The translations under genes were made by a program, and so were the position numbers. Below the pieces are notes generated by a model, which had not been told where the DNA came from, did no database searches, and saw only the letters and a list, made by a program, of their open reading frames with translations. A stretch of DNA of 63,502 bases, counting the filler, from Licmophora abbreviata (lineage: Eukaryota): assembly GCA_900291995.1 (NCBI GenBank). It is 10 parts of 10 records of this genome, joined end to end, with 100 filler letters (N's around TTAATTAATTAA, not from the genome) between each part and the next. Parts side by side here need not be neighbours in the genome. Positions count along the whole stretch, not along the records: positions 5,766 to 25,373 come from OLMU01005184.1; 9 more parts are not named here. One strand, given 5' to 3'. Below are positions 10,297 to 22,292 of this stretch, one piece after another (the stretch's first letter is position 1; each line of letters starts with the position of its first letter).

Positions 10297-13200
10297 TTAC
10301 CATTTGGCTGTCTTTGCACGCTGGTATTGCCAAGACGAGACCTTCCTTGCGTTGTCGTGTAGCCACTTCATGTCGACACTCGGAGCGGCATCAGTGGAAG
10401 GGTTGTCCATGTGCACGGAAGCGGCGTGGTGAAAGGCAACACTAACTTGTCTAGCAAGCTGGGAAGGAAACTCACTCCGTGCTCTGCTGCCTACTGGTAC
10501 ACTATCATCACTGGTGGCTAGCTCTTTTTGTTCCACCAAACGGTAATAGGTACGGCAGAGTGGGTGGAGTAGGTCCGGATTGGCGTGTGTCGATGGACCT
10601 TCACCGTCATAGACAAAATCGTTGAGGTGTTCACAGGTCCCCCACTGGTGCAGCCTTGTAGCGTTGTGTAGGAGCTTCCACACATAGTCGGAATCGGTGC
10701 AAACGTCCATGTGGACGTGGGTCTCGTGGAGAAAGTTAGCTTCATTCTTGAGAAGCTGTAGCAAGAACTTGAGCGCATCGTGACATGCGTACAGCTCGCA
10801 CCGATTCCGGGATGGCCTCAAGTACGGAAAGCCCACGAGAACAATGCCATCCTCGTAGTAGGTTGCCTCTGACATGATTTGGGCAAATGCCACTTCGGCG
10901 ATCTGGCGAAGCTTGAGGGCCAGCTCGGGTCCACCTCGGTACTCACCAAATTGGGGAAAGTAGAGGGCGATTCCGCCGGCGCGTCTCGTGCCACGGACCT
11001 GTGACCGGTCGTCGGGCGGGTACACCTTGCCGGATACGAAAACGAGAATTCTTGTAGAGCAAGCATCGCTAGATGTTGAGTCCTCGGGTAGTAGGCTGGG
11101 CGGGTAGGGGCTGTTGGAGAGAGTTCCTGCAAGACTTTGAAAGGCTGACTTCGAAGTATTCATTGTCTTCGCGATCAACAACGGAGGCACAGGCACTAAT
11201 TTTCGTGTATCAACTGTTTCTGTTGCAGGAGTCAAGACTGTGGCGCCCGCTTCACACGACTCGACAGTCACCAGCGATGGTCGTGCATCGCCGTATACAT
11301 ATTTTCTACCCTTCCAGAGCCGGCCTGAGTTGCAGATGTTGTACATGTTTGGCAAGCTTGTACCCAGGTCCTTGGCAGCAGCTCTGGCGCTCTCGTATTC
11401 GCTCGACACTTCACCAGAGTCCATGTCGATTCCGATGACAGTTCGCTTCTTCCTCTTGGCACCTCTGGAAGGAGATCGCAATGCTTTGGAAAGCGCGACA
11501 GGATCGGAGGTCGTCTGCATAGACTTGCGTAGCCGTCGCTCGAGCATACCGTTCGTAGTCACCAGCATGGAGGGGCTTGCGGAGACAACCTGAGGAACGA
11601 GCGCCTGTTCCGATTTGTCAGCGGCAAATGCTTTTTCAATCATATCTAGTTTGGGTTCGAGGGAGTTTCGAATACTCTGGCACAAAATGCGAGGTGTGGA
11701 CAAGACAATACTTTTGAGATCCTTCTTGGGCAGTCCCAATCGGTCTCGCAGGAACATCAGCTTTGGCTCCAAGTTTCGTTTCCAGGACAGCACGAGAATC
11801 ACAGGAGCCCGCTTTACAATGACACCCACTTCTTCCAATGTCATTCCACAGAACTCCGATATACCGTCTACTGTCGGACGAAGTTTGTTTTGAAGCGACA
11901 GGCCCATCATGATCGGTTGCGCAACGATCATCCCGGACAATGAATCGCGAGGAATCCCAAGATCGTTTACGAAGAAGTTCAGTTTTGGTCGAAGCGACGC
12001 CTCGACACTGTATTGCAAAAGTGATGGCTGCCTCAGTGTCGATTTGCGCAACTCGTCTCTTGTCATGCCCACGTCTTCACAAAAGAAGTTGAGCCGCTGG
12101 AAAAGTCCCACGTCGGTCGAGTTTTGGATCGACATTCCGAGGAGAGATGGCATGCGCAGGATCACTTGCTGAAGCTCACGTGATGTAAGGCCCAGCTCGG
12201 ACTGAAGCGCATCGAGAGTTGGCTGTATCTTTCCCTCAACGCTGTACGTGCTGAGTCGAGAATGGGTCTGTACAGTACAGAAACGGGTTTAATATTGTGA
12301 GACGTATACCGCCTCGAGCCCCAAAGCTATCAACATGCCTGCTCACCTTGAGCATGGCTTGCACTTGGCTGGGTGCAACTTGAAGTCGTGAACAGATGAA
12401 GTGTAGATCCCGTTGCTTCAAGGTGTTTCGCACTGTGCCCCTTTGGTCCAGCATTTCCCAAGTTGGCTCAGGATCGCACACCACCAACATAGGGAAGGCC
12501 TGAAGCGTCTGGCGCAGCTGTAACCAAGAGAGTCCCAACGAGCGCAGAAAAGCAAAGGTGCACACACACGAGGCTGTCCCGCCATTGACACTGTCTTCCA
12601 AAGCGAGTCTTGCTTCGTCTATTAAGGAATAAGGAACTTTCAGGACTTTGTAGTAGTACAACAAGGTGGGTTGAAGGGTGCCTGCGTCGTCTCGCGACAA
12701 GGCTAACACGTGAGGTAGTGCGCTGAGAGCCTGTGATAGTTGAGCCTTGGTCCACCCGAGACCGTATCCTTTCGAATACAATGCAGGCCAATCCGGGGTA
12801 ATCTCTGTCTCGTTGAGGATATTCGACGGCGGGAGAGGCTGCAAGAAGCACCGGAGTCGTTCGGAAACATGGATGATGTCATACAAACAGACGAGCGGAA
12901 AGTTTGCCACCACTGGTTGGGATTTCATTTCAAGAGTTTCCCGCAAGACAGAATCTAGGGCCCCGTAGTTTTGTTGGAGACCCCAGGAGCTGTGTGGCTC
13001 GAACCGTTCGAGGCCTACTCGATCCTGCAGGAATCTACGCAACCCCTCGACCGCTCCATTTTCTGATTGTGCGATCGGCAAACCTCCAACAGCAAGCAAC
13101 GCCAAGGCACGAAGAGCTTCCTCTGGGTCAGTAGGATCTTCTTTATTTTCAACTGTGTCAAACTTGTAAAATTTGTAGTCAGATACTCCACACCCGGCGA

Positions 13201-13585
13201 CCGTGTCTTGTCGTTTACTTCCGGCTACGGTGGCCTGAGGAAAGGCCTCTCGAGCCTCATCCAGAAACTCGTAGCTGGCCAAAACGTTCTTGTTCGCTTT
13301 TGACTTTTGTTGAACAACCGTATGTCTCTGAAATGTAGGAGAATATGTTAAAAAAAGACTTTGTTTCTCTCCAGCAGTAGTGTCTGGCTTTCGAGTAGAA
13401 GCAGCGGACGCGCCATGATTCCCTTGCACCGGCTGCTCGAAACGAGCGCTCAACTTCAGCGTCCATTTTCTCGGCTCCCAATTCAGTATAAAAGACGAGA
13501 TTGTAAGGCATTGGCAAGCGACAATAAATAAGGGCAGCGAGAGTCGTTTCCCAGGCCTCCCGGGGAGAGGGTGAACGTTTTTCAT
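10297..13585 (-). CDS. mTERF-repeat protein fused to a NUMOD1-like HTH and an RNase H-like domain (intron 12268-12346)
   Basis: A GTGAGC...TACAG intron fuses ORFs 12236-13585 and 10297-12165 in frame (MLK|THSRLSTYSVEGKIQPTL). Repeated mTERF motifs (PSLLQYSVEASLRPKLNFF, PVILVLSWKRNLEPKLMFL), then YESARAAAKDLG, then RNRCELYA..AL / TDSDYV / NPDLL. N-terminal hydrophobic segment ending ISSF. Confidence 0.8.
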
Positions 13586-14436
13586 GGTCTTGGAGCCGTC
13601 ATGGTCAAAGGAAAGGGTCCGAGTGTGTCGGCGTCGTCACTCGGGATGATCCCACGGGATGATCCCATAATTGTCTGTGACGTGTCTGACATTTTTCATT
13701 CCTTTCTGAAAACAGGAAAAAGGCCCAACATTAGGTCGTATGTATGTCCTCGTTCGACCGGCCGTTTCAGGATGATTGTCGGTCGTTGCACTCAGACTAC
13801 CTACAGACAGGGGAGCTCCAGGACTGTAGTCGGTCCGACAAGTCGTTCGTGGAATGGTGTAGGCAGCAGGATTCGTGAGTCCAGCATCAAGCACCACCAT
13901 GGCTGCTTACTGCTTGCTTGTCTCTCTAGCTACTACTACTCTTTACGACGATTAAACACGGCCACAATGATGGGCACTACTACTACCAATTGTGAGGAAA
14001 TTTTTGAGATAGCATAAAGCGTACCGGTATGATACGAAGTGCGATACATGTGCAAATTCGCAAATTCGAAGTCACCTTCGTCGCCAAGCACAAGTGTTGA
14101 GTCCCGCGCCGCCGACGCACATACTTTGTCGACAATTTCAAACTGAGGCACATGGGAATTCAAAGTTGTGAGCGGCAGTTGGGCCTTAATGATATTTTTG
14201 TATGTCTTCATGCTTGTATGATATATATTAAAGCAATTATGAGATGCCCGGCACACAAAAGTAATTCATGCATGATTATGATGAATTCGCCAAAGAATAG
14301 TCGAATCGCCCAAAGCCACATCAAAACATCCATCATTCCAGGACGAAAAGAAAAAGAGCATCAATCCACCACAAACAAACAAACGTCAACACACTTTAGA
14401 GTAAAGAAACGGGCAGAAGATTAACTATCTGCTGCC

Positions 14437-15746
14437 ATGGTCATGCATCGTTATCAGATCCTCCTTGTGCTGCTGGGAATCTTGCTCCCGGCCGCTATCA
14501 TTCCTTCGGCGTCAGCCATGGGCAATCGCGAGCTGGGCTGCGAGGACGTGAGTAGCATTCTCTTCTATTTGCTTGGGATGGCTAATCGCCAACAAGAGGT
14601 GGACGAGGAAGAGCTGCTAGAGAAATTTCCCTGCCTTGCTGTAAGTACGGGTAACAGTGGACCAGAGCCGACTACTGAACTCGAGGAAGTTGGCAACGGG
14701 AGTGTTTCGAATCCGCTTCGGGTGTGTCAAGGTATGTATCATATGAACGAACAACTATTGGATTGATCTTGTGAAAAAGGCAGAGCGCAGTGCAACATTT
14801 AACGAATTGCGATTCTAACTCTCTCTCCGTGAACTCTCCATCTGATCAAACAGGCGATTGTGACAATAATGACGAGTGCGCAGGACATCTTGAGTGCTTC
14901 CTTCGGGGCGAGAAAGGGGTCCCTCCAGACGAGCCAGTGCCCGGTTGCATTACTGGAAATGCTCGAGACTTTGTTGACTTTTGCTACGATCCCGACTGGG
15001 GGATCACCTCTTCACCTAGTGCCTCTCCCTCTAAATCTCCCTCCGAATCACCAAGCGACGCTCCTTCGGACGGTCCCTCCGGCGCGCCTTCCGATGTTCC
15101 CTCCCTCTCGCCTTCTGCTTTGCTCTCCGTGTCACCCTCCTCATCACCCTCCATCTCTCCATCAGAGTCCCCCGTTGAGGCACCACCTGAGATTCCTAGT
15201 GGTGACTTTCGCTTGAGGCTGTGGTGGAAACTAGGCTATACGTGGCAAGAAAATCCGAAGGAACAGTGGTTCTGTCTCCGCTGTGACAGCGGAAGGACGT
15301 GCGAAGCAGGAGACAAGGTCAAGATTTACGATGTTTGTGACGAAAGTAGTACTAGCTTTGAGTTTCTCGAAGTTCAGGGAAGTGGGGGTATGGAAATCAT
15401 GTTGAAAGACCACCGCTCCAACAACTGCTTGCGTTACGAAGAAGTTCGCGATGTTGGACCGAACCAGCGAGGGTACAATGCTGTGTACATGCGAATGCAG
15501 AAGTGTGACGACGAGGATGAACGCCAGAGGTGGGAGACGAAAGGAAACGGTCAGTTCTGGGAAAACCATTTTGAGCTGTGGTCCGTCCTGGAAGGTGATA
15601 GCTGTGATAACTACGTGAGAGATGGATGCGACGATCGTTGCGTAACAATGATGCATCATCCCAGGCGCACAGAAGAGATTTGGTCTGAGAATTGTTGGCT
15701 GGCACGTCGCGATGCCTCCTCCTTCTGGGAACCTCATTACTATTAG
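14437..15746 (+). CDS. Frustulin-like secreted cell-wall protein (intron 14732-14853)
   Basis: Signal peptide then REL (RXL) motif. Splicing creates LRVCQGDCDNNDEC..LECFLR..VPGC..DFCYDP (acidic Cys-rich ACR domain), followed by a Ser/Pro linker and a Trp/Cys-rich C-terminal domain (RLRLWWKLGYTWQE..WFCLRC). Confidence 0.8.
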
Positions 15747-15943
15747 AGGCGTGCTGACTTGAGAGTTGATCCATGGCATGCGCGCGTCACGACCCTCTCC
15801 AAGTGAGGGGCATGCGCGCGCTTAGATTCAATCGTTACACATTAACAGAAGTAGGATCTAGTTTGTTCATCCGCTTGTATGCTTGTTCAGAAGCTTCTCG
15901 TGTTCATCGATAATACTAGAATGCTATGATATTCGCAATATAT

Positions 15944-17249
15944 TCATAGTTTCGCATTGTTGGGAACGGCCCGCGAAAGTTGCGAGTATTGTTCTGTGAC
16001 ATGAATGCCCAAGTACTCCAGTTCCAGCTCCCATTTGGCCAAGGACGATTCGCAAAGGACTCGGCGGTCCAGCTTGGTCTCGAGCCACACAATCTCGCGC
16101 AAGAGCTGTTCGAGGGCAATTCTATAGATCTCCGAGTCAACTTCTGATAGCCAGCTCACCACTCGCAGCGTTGTCTTGGAAAGGTTGCGGAGCACAGCAC
16201 GGTGACCAAGCTCATGGTGAATCTTGTGCATATCCCCAGTTGTAGGGAGAGGACAAACGCATGTCTTGTCCAGATAGGCTTGCATTGCATCGGTATCCAT
16301 CCAATTCAAGGCTGTGAGATTCTTCGGATCATCAAAATAACGGAGGATGCGATAGAACAAGAGGCATTTGCTCTCGTGGTAGAATTCCGTAAGAGGCGCA
16401 AAATCAAGACCCCAGTAGGTTTGGTTTGCTACTGCCACACTTGGCGACATCGCAAAAAAATTGCATCTCTGACGTTTGTTCGTTTGGGTGAGGAAATGAC
16501 TTTGAAAGTTCGATGGGTCGTAGCAGCGATAGCAGTCGGTTGCCGGAGCGGGCAAACGACCCACAAAGTGCGACAACCACTCATCAAAATCCACCAGATC
16601 GCCGTCTGGAGTGTCTCCGCTTCGTGGAAAGTCCGTCCCGTTCGTTACCTTCCTCCCCCACTTATCGTACTTGCATTCTGTGAAGAGTGACCATATATGA
16701 TGCCTTGGACTCTTCAATGACGTTGCTATATAGTCGCCCGGCTGTAGAAGGCTCTGTTGATACAAGATATTGTACTCTTGGCCTGCTCGCTTCATGGGAA
16801 AGACGTGAGGGAGTACTCGGTGCAGTTCGCCAATCCACGAGGCGCCTGCGCATTTCGAAATGTGAGCAAAGGAAAAGACGCGGTGGGGGTCGATGGGAGT
16901 ACACCGATGAGGTGCAATCTCGCATGCGTCGAGCGGCAATAGTTCCGTACTACTACCGCTTCCCGAAGTGGGTATTATTTTCACGTTCATCATTCCGGCT
17001 GTGTCCGCTTGACGACGCTGATAAATTGATGATGATGATGATGATGATCGTTAGATTCACCGCGGTCAGGACATAAAAGACTAGACTGCAGGAGTGTGGA
17101 AAGCTTCGTTTGTCGTCGAGTCTATTTTTCGTGTCGCAAGAAGTAGTCTCCGATCGCCCAGCACCATTGCCGTCGTCGCCTTCGTCGAAGAGCGTCGGAA
17201 TCATCGATTGTCGCTCGTCGTCGTCTTTATCAACCGACCGGAGCTTCAT
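15944..17249 (-). CDS. Golgi-type sulfotransferase-like protein with apparent 1-nt frameshift near 17026
   Basis: 5'-PSB-like FAHISKCAGAS and 3'-PB-like LKSPRHHIWSLF. The type II TM anchor (VFYVLTAVNLTIIIIII) lies in the overlapping upstream frame; removing one base gives IIIIYQRRQADTAGMMNVK. Confidence 0.62.
17027..17049. repeat. (GAT/ATC)n microsatellite encoding a poly-Ile TM segment
   Basis: tgatgatgatgatgatgatgatc seen directly. Confidence 0.9.
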
Positions 17250-18005
17250 CCTTGATCCCAAAGAAGTAAGTACAGTATATTTAATGTAATTCAATTTGGT
17301 GTTGGTAGTCTTTTAGCAGGGTATCCAAAAGGAGTGCATCGTTGTCCTTGTCCGTCATGGTGCTCACAGCAAAGGGCACGAGAGTGATTCGAGTCGAGTC
17401 GATCGACTGAGAGGATTAGAAGTCTTTGTTGCTATACTGCATTCTGGAGCTCGTAATATACGCCCCAGCATTGTACGGACAAGAAGATAATTATGAATAA
17501 AGCTTTCACACAAAGATTCGAAATGCAAGAAACGTTGAGTTGTAACCTGCGCTAGCCGTAACGCGATGCGAGCGCACCGCTGCATGATGATGGCGACGCT
17601 GGAGCGTCTTGTGTCCCCTCCGTTCAAGAATTGGTACAACTAGAGCAGTTTAGTGTTTGTTGTTGTTGTATAACAGTATCATACACGCAAACGATATGGG
17701 CGGGCGAGCAGCCGGCTTCTTCTGGCTGCTTCAGAAAGACAACTATAAGTACCATCCCAGTCACGAATGATTGGATCACAGTCACGAGGGTCCTAGTCCA
17801 TCCGCCAATTCAATGATGCATTTGCCATGATGCCCCTTCTGCCTCCTGTGACAGAGCTTCCAGCCAGTTTCAAGGAATCAAGGAGGTCTCACTGCTGCAT
17901 CGCGCTGTAACAGAAAGCCCCTCGTCCCATCAAAGCTTCTTCTTCTTCTTCTTCGCGCTTGATTTTCTTTAGTTTGTATACTACTATTCCAAGAGAAGAA
18001 CCATC

Positions 18006-19532
18006 ATGACGCCGCTCACGGCATTCCTCTTGGCCGTCTGCTTGATTGTCATTGATATCTCCATACGAATCTATCATGAATCAAAAGACAACCAGTTTTC
18101 GCTCTCATCCATGCTCATTAGAACGGATACTATTACTGCATCAGACCTTCCCGTGGTGGCAGTGGTGGATCCTGTTCGTAGTAGTGCTACACCGCAAACC
18201 AACACTTCGAATGCAGTAGTACTACCAAACAACACAGATAGCATAGAAACCCAACAAGACCGAACTCCTGATAGCATACTACGGCAACGAGAGCAGTCCA
18301 TCGCTTCTTGGGCCAACACAACGACCCCAGAGTTGTTGTCGTTACAAACCAAAATCAGCCGACTGAACTGTTCCACACCCGAAAACAACCACTACCAATA
18401 TTTTGAGACGTGTCACTGTTACAATTGCTGTGTCAAGGACAAGGTTGTTTACGTATTTGACAACAACAACAACTACTACTACAATCAGAGTGTAGTACGG
18501 TGGTCTAACGTTACCTCTCGGTACATGAGTGCAACAGCAACCTTTCCGATTCAGCATGCGTCGTTCCAGCAGAGGAGAGACTTTAACGACTCACTCTGGG
18601 TCGATACACCGGTGCATTATACCAGTGTAAAGAGACAGCATATTCTCGCACTCTGGATGTGGAATGCGGATGTATGGAGTACATGGCACGAGGAGGGCTG
18701 GTACGACCGAGACTTCGGTCCCTTCCATTGGATGTTGATGAACACTATCTCACGGGAGGATAAGGACTATCTCAGTACCTATTGGTTTGCTCTGAACCAT
18801 CCCAGCATGGAAGCTCCGGTCCGGTTGAATGATAACGACGACACGCATACAGCGAAGGCTTCGTGCTACAGTCATTTAATGATTGGGCATCATCATACTG
18901 CACAAACGCTCTTTGCCAGCGCGGTCGCCAAGGTTCCGTTGGGGACGAATTCAGTACCACCAGAGACGATCAACGAGCACGCATGGAGTCTCTTGAAACG
19001 TTACAGTCAGTTCTTTGTGGAAAAGGTGGGCCTCGTGGATATCGCGACCAACCCGACGAGAGCGGTATTGATATCGAGAAAGGACAGCAAGAATGGACGC
19101 AGGATCCTAAACGAGATTGAGTTGGTATCTGTCATGGAGGAACAAGGCTTCGAAGTGGAGGAAATTGAGTTCTCGGAATTGTCATTCGAAGAGTCCAACA
19201 GGAGGATTCGATCTGCGTCAGTTGTCTTTGGGTCCCATGGAGCAGGTTTCACCAACATCATGGTGTGTCACAATTCCACAGCAGTTATTGAGCTCCATCC
19301 ATTCGGCTTTCAGAAATGGGGCTACGCCCACTTGGCACGCATTCTCGGGCTGGACTACCACTACTTGAATGCACCGAATACCTCGTATACCAAGCATTCT
19401 CCAGCGAGTGCAAAGTACACTGAGTTGAGTTGGAACTTTTACAGACACCGAGACTATTTCGTCGATGTTGGTGAGTTCCGAGCAATAATAAAGAAAGTCA
19501 AGAGGCAGCAAGAACTGAGACGACATGTATGA
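18006..19532 (+). CDS. Glycosyltransferase family 61 protein, type II membrane
   Basis: N-terminal TM. C-terminal ISRK..RRILNEIEL, SASVVFGSHGAGFTNIM, AVIELHP, LARILGLDY. Confidence 0.88.
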   Translation: MTPLTAFLLAVCLIVIDISIRIYHESKDNQFSLSSMLIRTDTITASDLPVVAVVDPVRSSATPQTNTSNAVVLPNNTDSIETQQDRTPDSILRQREQSIASWANTTTPELLSLQTKISRLNCSTPENNHYQYFETCHCYNCCVKDKVVYVFDNNNNYYYNQSVVRWSNVTSRYMSATATFPIQHASFQQRRDFNDSLWVDTPVHYTSVKRQHILALWMWNADVWSTWHEEGWYDRDFGPFHWMLMNTISREDKDYLSTYWFALNHPSMEAPVRLNDNDDTHTAKASCYSHLMIGHHHTAQTLFASAVAKVPLGTNSVPPETINEHAWSLLKRYSQFFVEKVGLVDIATNPTRAVLISRKDSKNGRRILNEIELVSVMEEQGFEVEEIEFSELSFEESNRRIRSASVVFGSHGAGFTNIMVCHNSTAVIELHPFGFQKWGYAHLARILGLDYHYLNAPNTSYTKHSPASAKYTELSWNFYRHRDYFVDVGEFRAIIKKVKRQQELRRHV

Positions 19533-19690
19533 CAATCCAATAGCACGATCTGTTGTTTCTGTACTCTTAGTCGTATTTTTATATCAAAGCAATCTTCGAC
19601 TCTGCTAGAGGTAGTGTAGAAAATGATGCGGTTCCATAGATTTTCAGTGGGCGCAGTCCTTGTCGAGCCCGAGCTTTTCTCGGGCGAGTC

Positions 19691-20668
19691 CTACATACGA
19701 TTCGCTTGTAAAACAACGGCCTTAGCAAGACCACCGCCTTCTCCAGACGACTCGTTGTCCTCTGGCAACAACTGCGTATTTCCATTTTCGTGTCCCCAAC
19801 AGGTCTGTGATATCCCAAAGGCATCTTCCAATATACGACCCGCAGTTGGAGAATCAATCGCCACTTCTACAAGGTTGTGACTTGGATGAGTGCGGACAAA
19901 GTCTTTCACACGTCGTATCTGAGATTCGTAGAACTCAAAGAGTTCCTCGTCCATCATGCCCACACCGGCAGGTAAGCCAATGATATCACAAAACATGAGC
20001 CGTCGATCCATCCCTGACCAAGCCCGTAGACTCCGCACCCAGTTAGTCACATTGCGTGTGTTGAGAATGAACGTACTGGTTGGATGCGCCGCATGGATCT
20101 GCTCCAAGGCTTCGATTTGTGGAAAGTAACACGGTAACCCTTTTCTGGGGTCAAATTCGACATCGAGCTGCGCATAGACATTGGCACGTCCCGTATGAGC
20201 TAGCGGCTTTCGACCGTGTTTGAGATTCTTGTGGATCAGAGCTCCACAGGCGCGGTTGGCGCAACGATGATGGGAGACTCGCTCGACGCCTCCGCACCGA
20301 AAGTATTCTGCGATCGAGTTGGTGCCGGACTTGGGAAGTCCCAGCACAAGGACTGGATTCGGCCAGTAATCTGTGGGAGTAGAGCGAGAAACCGTGTCTT
20401 CTAGAAGTAGCTCGTCCGCGCGCTGGTGCCGTCGCGACTCTTGAAGGAAGCGTCTCTTGCTCGCTACACCAGAAGCATCAGTCGTGGTGATCATGGTGGT
20501 GATGGGGACAGCGGACGGGAGTCGTGACACGGTCGTGCCCGCCAGAAATCCAAGAATCCAGAACGTTCCTGCCACATACAAGAGCTCATTCGCAATGCCC
20601 CGTCCTCGTCTCCGAGCTGTGGGTGGTCTCATGCGTTGCGCGTCTTTCATGCTCGAGTTTGGTATCAT
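19691..20668 (-). CDS. P-loop sulfotransferase-like protein with TM anchor
   Basis: VLVLGLPKSGTNSIAEYF (5'-PSB-like), FILNTRNVTNWVRS (3'-PB-like), N-terminal TM, and an RRFL segment. Start uncertain (track uses TTG 20749). Confidence 0.78.
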   Translation of the reverse strand: MIPNSSMKDAQRMRPPTARRRGRGIANELLYVAGTFWILGFLAGTTVSRLPSAVPITTMITTTDASGVASKRRFLQESRRHQRADELLLEDTVSRSTPTDYWPNPVLVLGLPKSGTNSIAEYFRCGGVERVSHHRCANRACGALIHKNLKHGRKPLAHTGRANVYAQLDVEFDPRKGLPCYFPQIEALEQIHAAHPTSTFILNTRNVTNWVRSLRAWSGMDRRLMFCDIIGLPAGVGMMDEELFEFYESQIRRVKDFVRTHPSHNLVEVAIDSPTAGRILEDAFGISQTCWGHENGNTQLLPEDNESSGEGGGLAKAVVLQANRM

Positions 20669-21218
20669 AGGTATTCTGTATGAATGGTCTCGATGGATGC
20701 ATTCACACTTGACGAGATAATCTGTTGGGTGAGATTTGGTTATCGCCAAAATGACTTTCTGCTGTAGACTGACATTTTGAGAATGACCATGGTGTAAGAT
20801 CGCGTCTCACTCAAAACACAACGCGATACCCATGGTGTCGCATGTTGAGTATGCATTCTTTTCCAGCATGTGTTTCTCTCTTTCCAATCATCGTGCACTA
20901 TTTCAATCGTGGAAAGGAAGCATAGGCTCCAACGGTCGGAGAAATCCAAGGCCGTGCGGAGGCTCCTCGTCGGCTCAGACTCACAACTTTGGCGGTACGT
21001 CGGAACATGATCGTGTGTTGACAGCATACGCGCTACTTGCTCGTCTCCTTGTCATTCAGCTTGTTGCATCATCACCATGACGGTCATTGTGTGTCTTGTG
21101 ATTGGTGATGATTGTCTCTCACTCTCGCATGGTGTTTCGCTTCCTGGCTGTTGTCTCAGACCGAGATTCTGTGTTACTTGTTTCTCCTTTCCCAGCTTTT
21201 CAGTAGTAGTTTCGTATC

Positions 21219-22008
21219 ATGAAGTTTCTCCGTACGACCATTCTCCTGCTTGCACCTTGGACTGATCTCGTTGCTGGCTCCGAGCTGACTGACACGATCC
21301 TTCCTGAGGTGAGTATAAATCAAAACAGACTGCTTGTCGCTAGAGCAACTGCACGTCGCGACTCACTGCCACTGCCATCCTTGGCTTTCTACTCTCTTTC
21401 TATATTCAATATAGGACGTGGAGTTTTGGGGGCGCAAACTAGAGGATATCGGTTCTTTTGCGGAGTCGTCCATGCTGCCTCCCGCGGAACCTGCCGACGA
21501 GCCTGCCATTGACGATCAATCGTCTGTTCCTCCTGAGACCGACGCCGTCGACGATCCCAGTCCTGGCAAGGGCGGTGGAAAAGGAAAAGGCAAGGGCAAA
21601 GGTGGTGGAAAAGGCAAGGGCGGCAAAGGTGGCAAGGGCGACTCTACGGCACCTACGTCCGTCCCCCCTTCTGTTGGAACGTCCACGGCCAAGGGCGGCT
21701 CGTCTGCCGCGCCGTCCTCGGTCCCTCAAGCTGCAAGCTCTAAAACTGCCAAGGGCAGCAAGGGATCAAAAGCAAGTCGCGCTCCTACTTCGGCCGTCCC
21801 TCCAATTCTTGGTGTGCAAGCAAGTAGCAAGGGTAGCAAAGGCTCGCCTGCTCCCGTCGCTTCTTCTGCTCCAGTCGCTAGCAGTGCCCTCGCGACCGAC
21901 CCTGTGAGCAACGATCCCCCGGAGGGGCGCAGCGCGGATTCCATGATGGATTGGATCAAGGGTCTCTTTGGAAAGGACGGTCATCGCAACTTGCGTTTGG
22001 CTGATTAG
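21219..22008 (+). CDS. Secreted Lys/Gly/Ser-rich silaffin/cingulin-like protein (intron 21309-21414)
   Basis: Signal peptide MKFLRTTILLLAPW. A GTGAGT...ATAG intron gives ILPE|DVEFWGRKL (RXL). GKGGGKGKGKGKGGGKGKGGKGGKG block, SSKTAKGSKGSKAS and SSKGSKGS KxxK motifs, C-terminal RNLR. Confidence 0.72.
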
Positions 22009-22292
22009 TACTATGATACAACTAGCAGGAACGCCCTGGCAAAAGTGAGTTGCCTAGTGCACTTGAAATGTGCCTTATAAAAGTTTAATGTTGGCATTTG
22101 AATCCAAGTGAACCTTGTTTAGGTTGGACGTAGCGCTTTCTCTTCCGATGAGAGTCAGAGAGTGGATGATCGCCAAGAGTTTTAGTCCCGAGTCAGTCGC
22201 GTGTTTGGTGACGCACGGCGGGCGGACTTCAGTTGGATTAGAAAAAAAGGAGAGGATCGCGATGTGATTGACCACACTTTTCTCGCGCCACC

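Noticed and set aside
10297..11060. RNase H-like domain as a retrotransposon remnant
   Set aside because: No RT, integrase, gag or LTRs nearby, and it is in frame with mTERF repeats in an intact gene.
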